Shown here: positions 10,736 to 21,029 of the stretch, one piece after another
Layout: the number at the start of each line of letters is the position of its first letter
Position numbering within the stretch: position 1 is the stretch's first letter
The notes under the pieces: generated by a model
The model's database searches: none
What the model saw: the letters and a program-made list of their open reading frames with translations, nothing else
Told to the model about the DNA's origin: nothing
Source: an uncultured Bacteroidales bacterium
Lineage (GTDB): Bacteria > Bacteroidota > Bacteroidia > Bacteroidales > WCHB1-69
Assembly: GCA_905233585.1 (NCBI GenBank)
Contig: CAJOFD010000003.1
Coordinates: 4,201 to 68,200 of the forward strand
Direction: 5' to 3'
DNA: 64,000 nucleotides
Made by a program: the position numbers and the translations under genes

Positions 10736-11723
10736 TCACAAATTCTATAACATTTAATATGGCTTCCAATTGGCGGAGCAAATCACGTTTTTTGTCGCGT
10801 GGAGCATACAAAAAAGCATCTACGGTAACAATTCTGTTTTTTGACGTGTCCAACATTGTATAGGAAACAAAAGGCCCGCCCATAAAATCGCCTACGGTTT
10901 TCCATACGCCTTCCGTTTTAACAGCATAAGGTACATTTGTTTGTATAACAGATGTTTTGGTGGGGATTCTTTGCTCTACTGCAATAAAAGAACTGTCCAC
11001 ACTACCAAAAACGTATTGTTTCGTTTTTTGGTCCCGCAAATTGATGATGTATTCATTGGAAAATTGGGCGGTATCGGTATATTCTTCCGAATATATCATC
11101 AAATTTTGTCCCCAATCTTTTGTTTCTTTTCTCAACCAAGCAAAATCCTCATTTTGAACAGCAAAGAAAAATCCTTCAGGTATGATGATATCCAATTTGT
11201 AATTTTGTTTGACAATAGCATTCAATCTGAAATCTTGTCTGCTTTTTTGGGCTTTTTCAAAACGTTGCATTTCTATTTTCAAAAAGTAATTAATAACCTC
11301 TTGAGCATTGGAAGACAATTGGGCTATTGCCTCTTGTTCTGATTTGCCCACAATGCGGATAACCAATTGCGGTTCTGCCCAAAGATTATATTTTACTGTT
11401 ATTTTAGAGGAATTTACAGCAGAATCGACAACGATTTGCAAAATATTGCGTTGCCTTTTGTATGAGCCGGTAAATTTTTGTTCCGTTACATGCAACAAGT
11501 TGAACATGGGTTCAGGTTGCGGCAATTGTACCAAAGGTTGGGATAAAATTGCCCTAAGACTATCACCCAAATCCGATTGCCAAATGGTCTCTGTACTTAT
11601 CACAATTATCTCGCCGGAACGACCGGAAGACGAAACCAAAGCATTGCCTTGAGAATTGGTGCGGTTGCAAGCAACTAAACCCAATACGAACAATCCGACA
11701 GCAAAAATACTTATTCTTTTCAT
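10713..11723 (-). CDS. lipoprotein, DUF4837-like
   Basis: Lipobox MKRISIFAVGLFVLGLVAC. The LPQPEPMFNL and RNILQI motifs are recalled from DUF4837. Confidence 0.55.
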   Translation of the reverse strand: MKRISIFAVGLFVLGLVACNRTNSQGNALVSSSGRSGEIIVISTETIWQSDLGDSLRAILSQPLVQLPQPEPMFNLLHVTEQKFTGSYKRQRNILQIVVDSAVNSSKITVKYNLWAEPQLVIRIVGKSEQEAIAQLSSNAQEVINYFLKIEMQRFEKAQKSRQDFRLNAIVKQNYKLDIIIPEGFFFAVQNEDFAWLRKETKDWGQNLMIYSEEYTDTAQFSNEYIINLRDQKTKQYVFGSVDSSFIAVEQRIPTKTSVIQTNVPYAVKTEGVWKTVGDFMGGPFVSYTMLDTSKNRIVTVDAFLYAPRDKKRDLLRQLEAILNVIEFVNVPQIEK

Positions 11724-11810
11724 TTTATCCTGAATATTTAATAAAAGAAACCCAAAAATGATATTTCGGGTTTCTTTGACTCATTATATGTTATGGTTTT
11801 ATTTCATTAA

Positions 11811-12668
11811 TTATCTTTTGGGATAAATACTGGAATCAATAGGTACCGTGAGAATTGGAATAGGTGACCTGTTCACCAATTTTTCACTAAATGGAGCCAT
11901 GATAAAAATATTTTCTCCTGCAGATTCAACTTCTTTCATCACAATAATTAGATTGATATTTCTGTCTTTCGCAATTTGTATAGTGCTACCGACCTTGTTG
12001 GAAGTATCAACATCAATAACTTCAAATCTGACGTTATTTTCAGTTAAGTACATAGTAGCTTTCTGTATGTAAGCGTCAATCACTCTTTTTATTTCGGGAT
12101 AATTGCCCGAATGAAATCCCATCAGATGTATCTTTGCTTGAAATGCTTTGGCCAGAATAGTCGCAGGTTTCAGTTTCTGCAAGGTTTCCAAAGAATCGTC
12201 TATCGGCAACAAAATATCTGTCAAATCTCTGTTGATACTGACACCTTCACGAATGGTCAGCACGGGATTGGACGCACCACTGACTGTTTTGAAAGCAGAA
12301 CTGCCCATGAAAAATTCTTCAAAACCTGTGCAGCCGTGTGTTCCCAAAACGGTGATGGCATTACCCTGATTTCTTGCTTCCGTGTTTATTTCCCGTGAAG
12401 GTTTCCCCATTCTGATTTTGTATTGGATTTTTGCATCTGCCGGCAAATATTTTTTGCAACCTGCTACAAGTTCAGTTAGTTTTTGTTCGGCAAAAGTGAT
12501 AATATCAGATTTGTCTTTGGGGGAAGCATCAATCACTAATTTTTCATCAGGAGAAACAACAAACAACAAAGTTAAAGAAGCCTTTAAGTTCGCTGCCAAG
12601 GCTACAGCATGTTTCATAGCATTCAACGAACAAGGCGAAAAATCAATTCCTACAATGACATTTTTCAT
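11811..12668 (-). CDS. universal stress protein, tandem Usp domains
   Basis: MKNVIVGIDFSPCSLNAMKHAVALA start; a second Usp-like half; GTHGCTGFEEFFMGS ATP-loop-like motif. Confidence 0.8.
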   Translation of the reverse strand: MKNVIVGIDFSPCSLNAMKHAVALAANLKASLTLLFVVSPDEKLVIDASPKDKSDIITFAEQKLTELVAGCKKYLPADAKIQYKIRMGKPSREINTEARNQGNAITVLGTHGCTGFEEFFMGSSAFKTVSGASNPVLTIREGVSINRDLTDILLPIDDSLETLQKLKPATILAKAFQAKIHLMGFHSGNYPEIKRVIDAYIQKATMYLTENNVRFEVIDVDTSNKVGSTIQIAKDRNINLIIVMKEVESAGENIFIMAPFSEKLVNRSPIPILTVPIDSSIYPKR

Positions 12669-12698
12669 ATTGTTAAATTTTAAATGTTAATATCTGTT

Positions 12699-13490
12699 TT
12701 ATATAGCCACATCTGCTTTTATATGCGGGTGGGCTTGGTAATTTGTCAAAATGAAATCTTCATATTGAAAATCGAAGATGTTTTTTACATTTCCGTTCAA
12801 CTGCATTTTCGGCAGGGCAAAGGGCTGTCTGGACACTTGTATTTTTGCCTGCTCCATATGATTGCTGTACAAATGCAAATCGCCGAAGGTATGCACAAAA
12901 TCTTTGGCTTTCAAGCCTGTAACCTGTGCTATCATCATCGTAAGCAAAGCATATGAGGCAATATTGAACGGCACTCCCAAAAAAGCATCGGCACTACGCT
13001 GGTACAACTGGCAGGACAACTCCCCGTTGCAGACATAAAACTGAAACAAGACATGACAGGGAGCCAAACGCATATACGGCAAATCCCCTACATTCCAACT
13101 GCAAACCAACAGCCTTCTTGAATCGGGATTGCTTTTTATTTCTTCTATCAGGTGGAAAATCTGGTCTATATGCCCGTCTTTGGCTGTCCATTTACGCCAC
13201 TGATGACCGTAAACAGGTCCCAAATCACCGTTTTCGTCTGCCCATTCGTCCCAAATTGACACCTTGTTGTCATGCAGATACTTGATATTGGTATCGCCTT
13301 TGAGAAACCACAACAACTCATAGATGATGGATTTCAGATGCAGTTTTTTTGTGGTCAGCAAAGGAAAACCCTCTTGCAGATTGAACCTTGTCTGATAGCC
13401 GAATACGCTGTACGTACCCGTCCCGGTACGGTCTGCCTTGTAAGAGCCATTTGCAAGAATATGATTCAGTAAATCTATATATTGTTTCAT
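12699..13490 (-). CDS. thyA: thymidylate synthase
   Basis: MKQYIDLL...DRTGTGT...FPLLTTKK...[10 protein letters not shown]...LAPCH...[16 protein letters not shown]; canonical ThyA, 263 aa. Confidence 0.97.
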   Translation of the reverse strand: MKQYIDLLNHILANGSYKADRTGTGTYSVFGYQTRFNLQEGFPLLTTKKLHLKSIIYELLWFLKGDTNIKYLHDNKVSIWDEWADENGDLGPVYGHQWRKWTAKDGHIDQIFHLIEEIKSNPDSRRLLVCSWNVGDLPYMRLAPCHVLFQFYVCNGELSCQLYQRSADAFLGVPFNIASYALLTMMIAQVTGLKAKDFVHTFGDLHLYSNHMEQAKIQVSRQPFALPKMQLNGNVKNIFDFQYEDFILTNYQAHPHIKADVAI

Positions 13491-13537
13491 GTCTGTCTTT
13501 GTCTGAATTTGTAAAAAACAGGATATTTCCTATTTTG

Positions 13538-13545
13538 CAAAGATA
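13538..13545 (-). promoter_or_regulatory. -7 box TATCTTTG (minus strand) upstream of thyA
   Basis: Plus-strand caaagata is the reverse complement of TAnnTTTG, 48 nt upstream of the thyA ATG. It lies inside the 32-mer repeated at 58580-58611. Confidence 0.45.
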
Positions 13546-13653
13546 CAATTTTTTAGAAAAGCAACGGCGAATTTTCAAAATTAAATTAAGCATTGGGGAC
13601 AAACAAAAAATAGCCGGCAATTACCGCTTCTGCCCGATAAATAAAAGTTCAAG

Positions 13654-14376
13654 TTGGAAAGTTATAAATTAGAGGAAAAAATAACTAAACTGCAATGGTC
13701 TCCACAACAAATAAAAGGATATTGTGATGCCAACAACATCCCGATGGTTTCCGTAGAATGGATATATCATTATATCAAATTAGACAAAGCCAATGGAGGT
13801 ACATTATATAAGCATTGTCGCCATCAATTGAAACATCGAAAGCGATATGTTGGTGCTGGGGTAAAACATATTCCTGATAGAGTGTCCATACATGAGAGGC
13901 CTGATATAGTGGAATATAGAATGGAATTTGGACATTTTAAGATGGATTTAATCCAAAATGGGAAGGATTTTATATTAGTCATAGTAGAAAGGAAGAGCAG
14001 GTATCTTTTTATGGTGCGATTACCCAAAGGGAAAAATGCAAAAGATGTGGCAAAATATGTTATAAAAATACTCAAACCCTATAAAAAATACATCAAATCT
14101 ATCACGACAGACAATGGAGGAGAATTTGCAGCCCATAAACTGATAGCCAAAGCCTTAGGCGTGCAAGTGTTCTTTACTGACTCATATAGTTCTTGGCAGA
14201 AGGGTACGGTAGAAAATACCAATAAATTAATCAGACAATATATACATAAAGATATGGATATACGTAATTTATCATATAATCAAATTATACTAATTCAAAA
14301 TAAGTTAAACTATAGACCAAGAAAAGTGCTTTTTTTCGATAAGCCTGCTAATATTTTTTATAACTTTGTTTGTTGA
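13654..14376 (+). pseudogene. IS30-family DDE transposase, 5'-truncated remnant
   Basis: Catalytic core is present: GHFKMDLI (D), ITTDNGGEF (D), SWQKGTVENTNKLIRQYI (E). The N-terminal HTH (~80-100 aa) is missing. The frame is closed by a stop at 13642 and only a TTG start is available. Confidence 0.8.
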
Positions 14377-14401
14377 ATCTATATTTTGAAAAAAATCATA
14401 T

Positions 14402-14440
14402 AAAAAAGCATTTGTATTGCTTTTTTGTTTACTTTTGCAG
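14402..14440 (+). promoter_or_regulatory. conserved precursor-peptide promoter block (TTTG -33-like plus TACTTTTG -7 box)
   Basis: aaaaaagcatttgtattgcttttttgtttacttttgca. By hand alignment, ~34 of 39 nt are identical to 54807-54845, upstream of the second precursor. Confidence 0.55.
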
Positions 14441-14471
14441 AAAAATAAAAAATGAATTATTCATTATTCTT

Positions 14472-14754
14472 ATGAGCAAAAAATTAAATTTAGAAATTAT
14501 AGAAAAAAGGAAGCAATGTAGAATTCTCCACAATAACAGGAGAGGATATGAATCAAATAAGAGGAGGTGCTAACCGTTGTGATTGCAAGAATCGTTGTGA
14601 TAACAAAAAATGTTGTTATACTATTTCGAGTAGTTTGACTGGGGATAAAACGATAAAAACGGATATCCCTGTTAATATTCCTATAAATATGCCAGATACA
14701 ACGAGTACAGATTCTACCTCAACTACATCTATTATTGGAATATTTGGATTTTAA
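14472..14754 (+). pseudogene. GG-leader RiPP precursor peptide 1; the leader is interrupted by a +1 frameshift in an A6 tract
   Basis: Frame A reads MSKKLNLEIIEK and then runs out of frame. Frame B (track ORF 14548-14754) reads ...GSNVEFSTITGEDMNQIRGG-ANRCDCKNRCDNKKCCYT.... Removing one A from the 14503-14508 run joins them into a typical Bacteroidetes double-glycine leader. Confidence 0.6.
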
Positions 14755-14759
14755 ATATT

Positions 14760-14797
14760 ATGGATGTCTCATTTAAATGAGAGCATATCCATTTTTT
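14760..14797 (+). terminator. hairpin plus T-run immediately after the precursor gene (attenuator/terminator)
   Basis: atggatgtctcattt/aaatgagagcatatccat imperfect hairpin followed by tttttt, ending just before ATG 14798. Confidence 0.5.
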
Positions 14798-16231
14798 ATG
14801 AAATCAAGATTTATATTTATATTTTTACTATTTTTTCATTCTCTTTGGGCACAAAACACGGAAACGAGTTCCTTATACATAAAGGGCTTCTTGTACCTAT
14901 GTGACAAATTAGAGGCTGTACACCCTAATATATATGCCAATTTGTCTGGTTTGGAGTATGAGAAATGGAAAAAAACATGTGAAGCGGAAGTTTCATTAAC
15001 CAAAAACGAAGTTGATTTTAAACTATTACTTGCAAAGTTTTTGGCTAAAATAGGAGATTCGCATACTCGTGTTATTATAAGTGAAAACAAGCATTTCCCT
15101 GTTACAATTCGTTTATTTAACGGAAAATATTACGTGGTAGCAGCGGAAAATCGCGATAGTATAGGTTTTGCTATTGATTATATAAATGGTGTGTCCATTG
15201 CACAAGTTCAGCTTATTTTAAGTGAATATATAAGTGCAGAAAATGAAGATTGTAAAATGTTTTATTTAACGGAATGCCTGCGTTCTCCTACTTGGCTTTC
15301 TCTCATTAATAACGGAAGAATCTTGGATACGCTTTCCATTACTATGAATAATGATAAAACAATTTCTATGAAAGCGATGGAAAAATGCACCGTATATTTA
15401 GATACTGCCTATAGTGAAATCTATCGTAAAAAACAGAGTAGTTTTTTTTATCGTATTGATACTTTGAACAATCTATGTATCTTGTATTTTAATGCAATGG
15501 AAGACAGAGCTTGTTTGTGTCGCACAAAGAAACAATTGTATAGCCGAAAATATTTAAAACAACCTTTGTTTTCTGAATTTTTAACTCAAATGTTTCAAGA
15601 AATGCGATGGCATAATATTCAAAATTTAGTTATAGATTTGCGGAACAATCAGGGGGGGAATAGTATGTTAGGCGACCAACTGCTTTATTTTATTGCAGAC
15701 AAAAAAGAAGTGGCAAACAAAATTACTATGAATACAAAAACACGTATATCAAAAGATTACAAAAAACAACGTTCATCTTCTCCTCATATCAGATACATAT
15801 ATGAGGAGAATAAATCTTTTGATAATTATACACATACTAATGAGAAATGGTTTTGGGAATTGGAAAATCCGAAAAGTATATGGTATATAAAAGATACAAC
15901 TTGTCGGTTTCATGGACAAGCCTATGTATTGGTGAGCAATTCCACCTATAGTGCAGCTTCGGATTTAGCATGGTATATGTCCTGTTTAAATATTCCTTTG
16001 ATAGGTGAACGTACAGCACAAGCCATTAATTGTTTTGGGGATTATTTGGAATTTGTTATGCCTAATTCAAAAATACCATTTACTGTAAGTTGCAAATATT
16101 TTTATGATAAAAATGCCAATACTGAGAATAGGGTTAATCCCACTATCCCCGTTTTATACGATTATGAAGATTTGCGACATGGATATGATAAACCAATGGA
16201 AAAAGTATTGGAAATAATAAGGAAAAACTAA
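14798..16231 (+). CDS. S41-family (tail-specific-like) serine peptidase, secreted
   Basis: LVIDLRNNQGGNS, NSTYSAASDLA (Ser nucleophile context) and LIGERTAQ motifs. Signal peptide MKSRFIFIFLLFFHSLWAQ. I prefer the start at 14798 over the track start 14777, which lies inside the hairpin. Confidence 0.8.
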   Translation: MKSRFIFIFLLFFHSLWAQNTETSSLYIKGFLYLCDKLEAVHPNIYANLSGLEYEKWKKTCEAEVSLTKNEVDFKLLLAKFLAKIGDSHTRVIISENKHFPVTIRLFNGKYYVVAAENRDSIGFAIDYINGVSIAQVQLILSEYISAENEDCKMFYLTECLRSPTWLSLINNGRILDTLSITMNNDKTISMKAMEKCTVYLDTAYSEIYRKKQSSFFYRIDTLNNLCILYFNAMEDRACLCRTKKQLYSRKYLKQPLFSEFLTQMFQEMRWHNIQNLVIDLRNNQGGNSMLGDQLLYFIADKKEVANKITMNTKTRISKDYKKQRSSSPHIRYIYEENKSFDNYTHTNEKWFWELENPKSIWYIKDTTCRFHGQAYVLVSNSTYSAASDLAWYMSCLNIPLIGERTAQAINCFGDYLEFVMPNSKIPFTVSCKYFYDKNANTENRVNPTIPVLYDYEDLRHGYDKPMEKVLEIIRKN

Positions 16232-16233
16232 AT

Positions 16234-17538
16234 ATGATTTGGTCTAGGTATAATTATTTGTTTAAATCGGAAAAATATGGATATTTGTTATATAACTCTT
16301 TGAGTAATGCTTTTTTGCACATTCCAGATAAAAGCATTGGATTTATTAAAGAAATACAAAATAATCCAAATTTAATAAATGAATATGACGAAAAAGAATA
16401 TTTTCAAGAAAACAAAATTATAGTAGAAAATGACGATGATGAAATCGCTGTATTAAAAGTTTGTGAATCTATAAATCGTTATACATCAAATTCACTAGGT
16501 TTAACAATAGCACCAACTTTGGGCTGTAATTTTCGTTGTTCTTATTGTTTTGAACTGAATAAACAAGGTTCACGAATGAGCACCGAAATACAACAAGCTA
16601 TTGTCAAATATGTAAAGAAACGAGATTTTATTACAGATTTGAGTGTAACTTGGTATGGGGGAGAACCATTGCTATGTATGGATATTATTGAACATTTAAC
16701 AAAAGAATTTTTGTCTTTAGGAAAAAGATATAATGCTGATATTGTTACAAACGGCTACCTGTTATCTATAGATGTTTTTAGACAATTACAAAAATTAAAA
16801 GTTTACACAATTCAAATTACTTTGGATGGATTAGCAGAAACACATAATAAACGCAGACCTCATGCTAATACAAATAATTCTTTTGAACAAATAATAAATA
16901 ATTTAGATACTATTATTCCCATTAAAGAAAATACAGATATTTCCATCCGTGTAAATATTGATAAAAAAAATAAAAATGAATTTCCTGAATTATATTTCTT
17001 TTTACAAAAACGATACAAAAATTCTGTTTTTGTTTACCCTGCTTTTGTAGAAAATCTTAATGGCACTTGTAAAACAAGTGATTGTATGCAAGATGTAGAT
17101 ACTATGACCCAATATTTAATAGAATTATATAATAATTATGGAATTTATGATCAGAAATTTTTTCCCAAATTAACATATTCAAGTTGTATGGTACGAGATT
17201 TGCGGTCTTATGTGGTGGACCCATTAGGAAAAATGTACAAATGTTGGAATGACATTGGCATTAAGGGAAAAGAAGTTGCCGATATTACTGAAGATAAAAT
17301 TATTAATCAAAATCTATTGGCTCGATATTTAAAAGGTGCAGATAAAATGGATTCGTCTGAATGTGCTGTATGTCATTTATATCCTGTTTGTAGCGGAGGT
17401 TGTCCATATCATCGTTTATTGTATGTATATAATAAGAAACAAGTGAATTTTTGCCATATAGGCAAACATTATTTAGAAAAATTGTTGGAAATACACTATG
17501 ATTGGAAAATGAAGCAACAAAATTCATACAAAAAATAA
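16234..17538 (+). CDS. radical SAM / SPASM-domain peptide maturase
   Basis: GCNFRCSYCFE (CX3CX2C). C-terminal SPASM cysteines CMVRDLRSYVVDPLGKMYKCWND...SECAVCHLYPVCSGGCPY. Confidence 0.9.
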   Translation: MIWSRYNYLFKSEKYGYLLYNSLSNAFLHIPDKSIGFIKEIQNNPNLINEYDEKEYFQENKIIVENDDDEIAVLKVCESINRYTSNSLGLTIAPTLGCNFRCSYCFELNKQGSRMSTEIQQAIVKYVKKRDFITDLSVTWYGGEPLLCMDIIEHLTKEFLSLGKRYNADIVTNGYLLSIDVFRQLQKLKVYTIQITLDGLAETHNKRRPHANTNNSFEQIINNLDTIIPIKENTDISIRVNIDKKNKNEFPELYFFLQKRYKNSVFVYPAFVENLNGTCKTSDCMQDVDTMTQYLIELYNNYGIYDQKFFPKLTYSSCMVRDLRSYVVDPLGKMYKCWNDIGIKGKEVADITEDKIINQNLLARYLKGADKMDSSECAVCHLYPVCSGGCPYHRLLYVYNKKQVNFCHIGKHYLEKLLEIHYDWKMKQQNSYKK

Positions 17539-17554
17539 ATTCAATCTTATTTAT

Positions 17555-18832
17555 ATGCCACAAATGTACCCGAATACTAATCAGTCTTATTATTCCGAAC
17601 CAGTTCAAGAGATATTGGGTCGTCCTCCACGTTGGATAATTAGAGCGGGTATCACGGTGATATTTGTTGTAGTGGCGTTGTTGTTTATCGGAAGTTATTT
17701 TATCAAATATCCGGATGTATTACAAGCCCCCATTACCGTAACTACCGCCCACTTGCCCGCTGGTGTTATGGCTCGGACAACGGGACGGATTGATACGATT
17801 TTTGTGAAAGAAAAACAATCTGTCCAAACCGGTGATTTATTGGCTGTAATGGAAAATGCTGCCCATTGGCAAGATGTACTTTGGCTGAAAAACAACGTGG
17901 ATTCAGCCGAGCGAAACACTTCTCTGCAATTAGGAGAGATTCAATCATACTATTTTGCCTATCTGAAAGCCAAAGAAGATTATGCCTATTTTTTACGGAT
18001 GGACTATCATCGCAGAAAAATAAAAGTATTGGAAAAACAGATACGTACCCAAAAGAATATGTTACAAAATGTACGAAAACAATTAGCGATACAAGAGCAA
18101 CAATTGGACATTTCGCGGGAAGTATTTTACATGGATTCCTCTTTGTATGCCCAAGACTTGATTTCCAAATTGGAATATGAAACCGCCCGAAGCAAATATT
18201 TGCAACAGCAACAAAATTACGATAATACCAAATTAGGGTTCCATAGTGAAGAAATGAGTATTTTGCAATTGGAACAAGATATTTTTGATTTGGAACAAGC
18301 ATGTATAGACGAGGAAAACACTCTTTCGTTGGCATTGAATGGAGCCAAAGACCAATTGCAAGCCCAATTGGCAGATTGGGAAAAGGCTTATCTGTTGTAT
18401 GCTCCATGCAATGGTATTGCCACCTTTACCAAATATTGGCAAAGAAATCAGAATGTTTCAGCAGGCGAAATATTAGTAACGGTTGTTCCTCAAGAGCAAA
18501 GTCATATTATTGGAAAGATATTGCTTCCTCCTCAAGGAGCAGGCAAAGTGGAAGTAGGACAAACCGTGAATGTCAAATTAGACAATTTTCCTTATATGGA
18601 ATATGGTATGGTCAAAGTCAATATTCAGCATATTTCTTTGGTTCCGGTTCAATTAACAGATGGAAGTCAGGCTTATATGTTAGAGGTTGAATTTCCTGAT
18701 AAATTGCAAACAACATATCACAAAGATTTGGTTTTTAGTCAAGAAATGACAGGTACCGCTGAAGTTATCACCAAAGATTTACGATTATTGGACAAATTTC
18801 TCAATCCCATTCGTTATGTTTTTCAGCGATAG
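17555..18832 (+). CDS. HlyD-family membrane fusion / secretion protein
   Basis: N-terminal TM (AGITVIFVVVALLFIGSYF), a long coiled-coil middle and a beta-barrel-like C-terminus. Sits directly upstream of the C39 ABC exporter. Confidence 0.8.
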   Translation: MPQMYPNTNQSYYSEPVQEILGRPPRWIIRAGITVIFVVVALLFIGSYFIKYPDVLQAPITVTTAHLPAGVMARTTGRIDTIFVKEKQSVQTGDLLAVMENAAHWQDVLWLKNNVDSAERNTSLQLGEIQSYYFAYLKAKEDYAYFLRMDYHRRKIKVLEKQIRTQKNMLQNVRKQLAIQEQQLDISREVFYMDSSLYAQDLISKLEYETARSKYLQQQQNYDNTKLGFHSEEMSILQLEQDIFDLEQACIDEENTLSLALNGAKDQLQAQLADWEKAYLLYAPCNGIATFTKYWQRNQNVSAGEILVTVVPQEQSHIIGKILLPPQGAGKVEVGQTVNVKLDNFPYMEYGMVKVNIQHISLVPVQLTDGSQAYMLEVEFPDKLQTTYHKDLVFSQEMTGTAEVITKDLRLLDKFLNPIRYVFQR

Positions 18833-18868
18833 TAAATTAGAATCAACACAGAATAGTTAGCCGTTAGC

Positions 18869-21025
18869 GTGAAAAAAGAATTTCCTTTTTATAAACAATT
18901 AGATGCAATGGATTGCGGTCCTACTTGTCTGCGAATGATAGCCAAGCATTATGGCAAACATTATTCATTAGACACCTTACGACAAAAAAGTTTCATCGGA
19001 CGTGATGGCGTAAGTCTGTTGGGTATAGGAAAAGCAGCAGAAAGCATAGGCTTCCGTTCTTTAGGGGTAAAAATTTCTTTTTCCCAACTATGCGAAGCCC
19101 CATTGCCATGCATTGTACATTGGAAACAAAATCATTTTGTTGTAGTATATGACATTCGCTTAAACAAGCGGAAAAATGGAACGGCAGATGGTTGGGTTTA
19201 TGTGGCAGATCCCGCGACAGGAAAAATCAAATACCGTATTTCTGAATTTCTTCAAAATTGGTTGAGCATACAAAACGGCATGGAAAAAGAAGGGATTGCC
19301 ATGTTGTTGGAAGCTACCCCTGATTTTTATGCCGCTGAAGGTGAAAAAACGGACAAAACGCGTCTCCGTTTTGTATTGCAATATCTTAAACCTTACAAAA
19401 AACTGATAGTCCAACTTTTCTTGGGTATGTTGTTGGGAACTATCCTGCAACTGATTTTTCCGTTTTTAACTCAAACCATCGTTGATTATGGTATCGGTAA
19501 TGATAATTTGAGTTTCATTACTTTGATTTTAATAGCCCAATTAACACTTTATGTGGCACAAACTTCGGTAGAATTTATCCGTTCGTGGATATTGTTACAT
19601 ATCAGTACCAGAATCAATATATCCATTATTTCCGATTTTTTGTTGAAATTGATGAAATTGCCCATAGGATTTTTTGATACCAAAATGATAGGCGACCTTA
19701 TGCAACGCATAGGTGACCACAGCCGTATTGAGTCGTTTTTGACCTCCTCCACATTAAATACCTTGTTTTCTTTTGTTAATCTGATAGTTTTCAGTGTGGT
19801 TTTGGCTGCATATAATTGGAAATTGTTTTTCGTATTTTTATTTGCCAGCATCATTTATGTTTTGTGGATAAGTTTATTCTTGAAAAAACGAAAAGAATTG
19901 GACTATAAACGTTTTGCACAAGCATCTGCCGAGCAAAGCAATCTATATCAAATGATAACGGGTATGCAGGAAATTAAACTCAACAATTGTGAAAAACAAA
20001 AACGTTGGGAATGGGAAAATATACAGGCAAATTTATTCAAAGTAAGTGTAAAAGGATTGGCCTTGAGCCAATACCAGCAAACAGGTGCTTTTTTTATCAA
20101 TGAGACCAAAAATATTTTGATTTCTTTTTTATCAGCGGCAGCAGTTATCAAGGGTGATATGACTTTAGGTATGATGACTGCTGTACAATATATTATTGGA
20201 CAGTTAAATTCTCCTATAAATCAAATGATTGGATTTATTCAGTCTGCCCAAGATGCCAAAATCAGTTTGGAACGTTTGGGCGAAATTCACAACAAAGAAG
20301 ATGAGGATGAACACACAGAAGCAAGGATAATTGCCTTGCCCGAACATCATAGTATAAGTTTTCAAAACGTAAGTTTCCGTTATGATGTTTTGGGCAAAAA
20401 TGTTTTGGAGGATATTTGTTTGCAGATTCCTCAAGGCAAGATTACAGCCATTGTAGGTATGAGTGGAAGTGGTAAAACAACCTTAGTCAAACTGATGTTA
20501 GGTTTTTATCCTCCAACACAAGGAGAAATCAGGGTGGGACAAACCGCCTTGCAAAATATAGACCCGCATTGGTGGAGGCAGCGTTGCGGAGCCGTTATGC
20601 AAGATGGCTTTATATTTTCGGATTCCATTGCCAAAAATATTGCTATCGGAGAGGATATTATCGACAATCATCGATTGCTTCATGCCGCTGAAGTTGCCAA
20701 TATTCAAGAGATGGTTTCATCTCTGCCTTTAGGCTTTCAAACCAAAATCGGACAAGAAGGAAAAGGAATATCCCAAGGTCAGAAACAACGGATTTTGATA
20801 GCACGAGCCGTTTACAAAAATCCCGATTTTATCTTCTTCGATGAAGCGACAAATGCCTTGGATGCCAACAATGAACGCATTATCATGGATAATCTTCAAC
20901 AGTTTTTTAAAGGCAAAACGGTTGTCATTGTTGCTCATCGTTTAAGTACTGTTAAAAATGCGGATAATATTCTTGTTATCAATAACGGTAGAATTTCCGA
21001 ACAGGGAACCCACGAATATTTATAA
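18869..21025 (+). CDS. peptidase-C39-domain ABC transporter (bacteriocin/RiPP exporter), 3'-truncated by prophage insertion
   Basis: C39 motif QLDAMDCGPTCLRMIAKHYG; six-TM domain; Walker A GMSGSGKTT; signature ISQGQKQR; Walker B FIFFDEATNALD; H-loop VAHRLST. The ORF ends at ...EQGTHEYL* exactly at the phage junction, and the rest of the C-terminus is at 54724-54790. Confidence 0.9.
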   Translation: MKKEFPFYKQLDAMDCGPTCLRMIAKHYGKHYSLDTLRQKSFIGRDGVSLLGIGKAAESIGFRSLGVKISFSQLCEAPLPCIVHWKQNHFVVVYDIRLNKRKNGTADGWVYVADPATGKIKYRISEFLQNWLSIQNGMEKEGIAMLLEATPDFYAAEGEKTDKTRLRFVLQYLKPYKKLIVQLFLGMLLGTILQLIFPFLTQTIVDYGIGNDNLSFITLILIAQLTLYVAQTSVEFIRSWILLHISTRINISIISDFLLKLMKLPIGFFDTKMIGDLMQRIGDHSRIESFLTSSTLNTLFSFVNLIVFSVVLAAYNWKLFFVFLFASIIYVLWISLFLKKRKELDYKRFAQASAEQSNLYQMITGMQEIKLNNCEKQKRWEWENIQANLFKVSVKGLALSQYQQTGAFFINETKNILISFLSAAAVIKGDMTLGMMTAVQYIIGQLNSPINQMIGFIQSAQDAKISLERLGEIHNKEDEDEHTEARIIALPEHHSISFQNVSFRYDVLGKNVLEDICLQIPQGKITAIVGMSGSGKTTLVKLMLGFYPPTQGEIRVGQTALQNIDPHWWRQRCGAVMQDGFIFSDSIAKNIAIGEDIIDNHRLLHAAEVANIQEMVSSLPLGFQTKIGQEGKGISQGQKQRILIARAVYKNPDFIFFDEATNALDANNERIIMDNLQQFFKGKTVVIVAHRLSTVKNADNILVINNGRISEQGTHEYL

Positions 21026-21029
21026 TCCG

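Noticed and set aside
14502-14510. Programmed -1 ribosomal frameshifting at the A6 tract of precursor 1.
   Set aside because: Restoring the leader needs a +1 shift (loss of one A), not -1. In the zero frame the tract reads gaa-aaa-agg and does not form an X-XXY-YYZ heptamer.
21016-21029. A clean Mu-type 5-bp target duplication with TG...CA termini.
   Set aside because: ATATTT is shared at both junctions, but the boundary can be drawn as 5 or 6 bp, and the terminal phage bases are not TG/CA. I report the insertion and leave the exact end positions unresolved.
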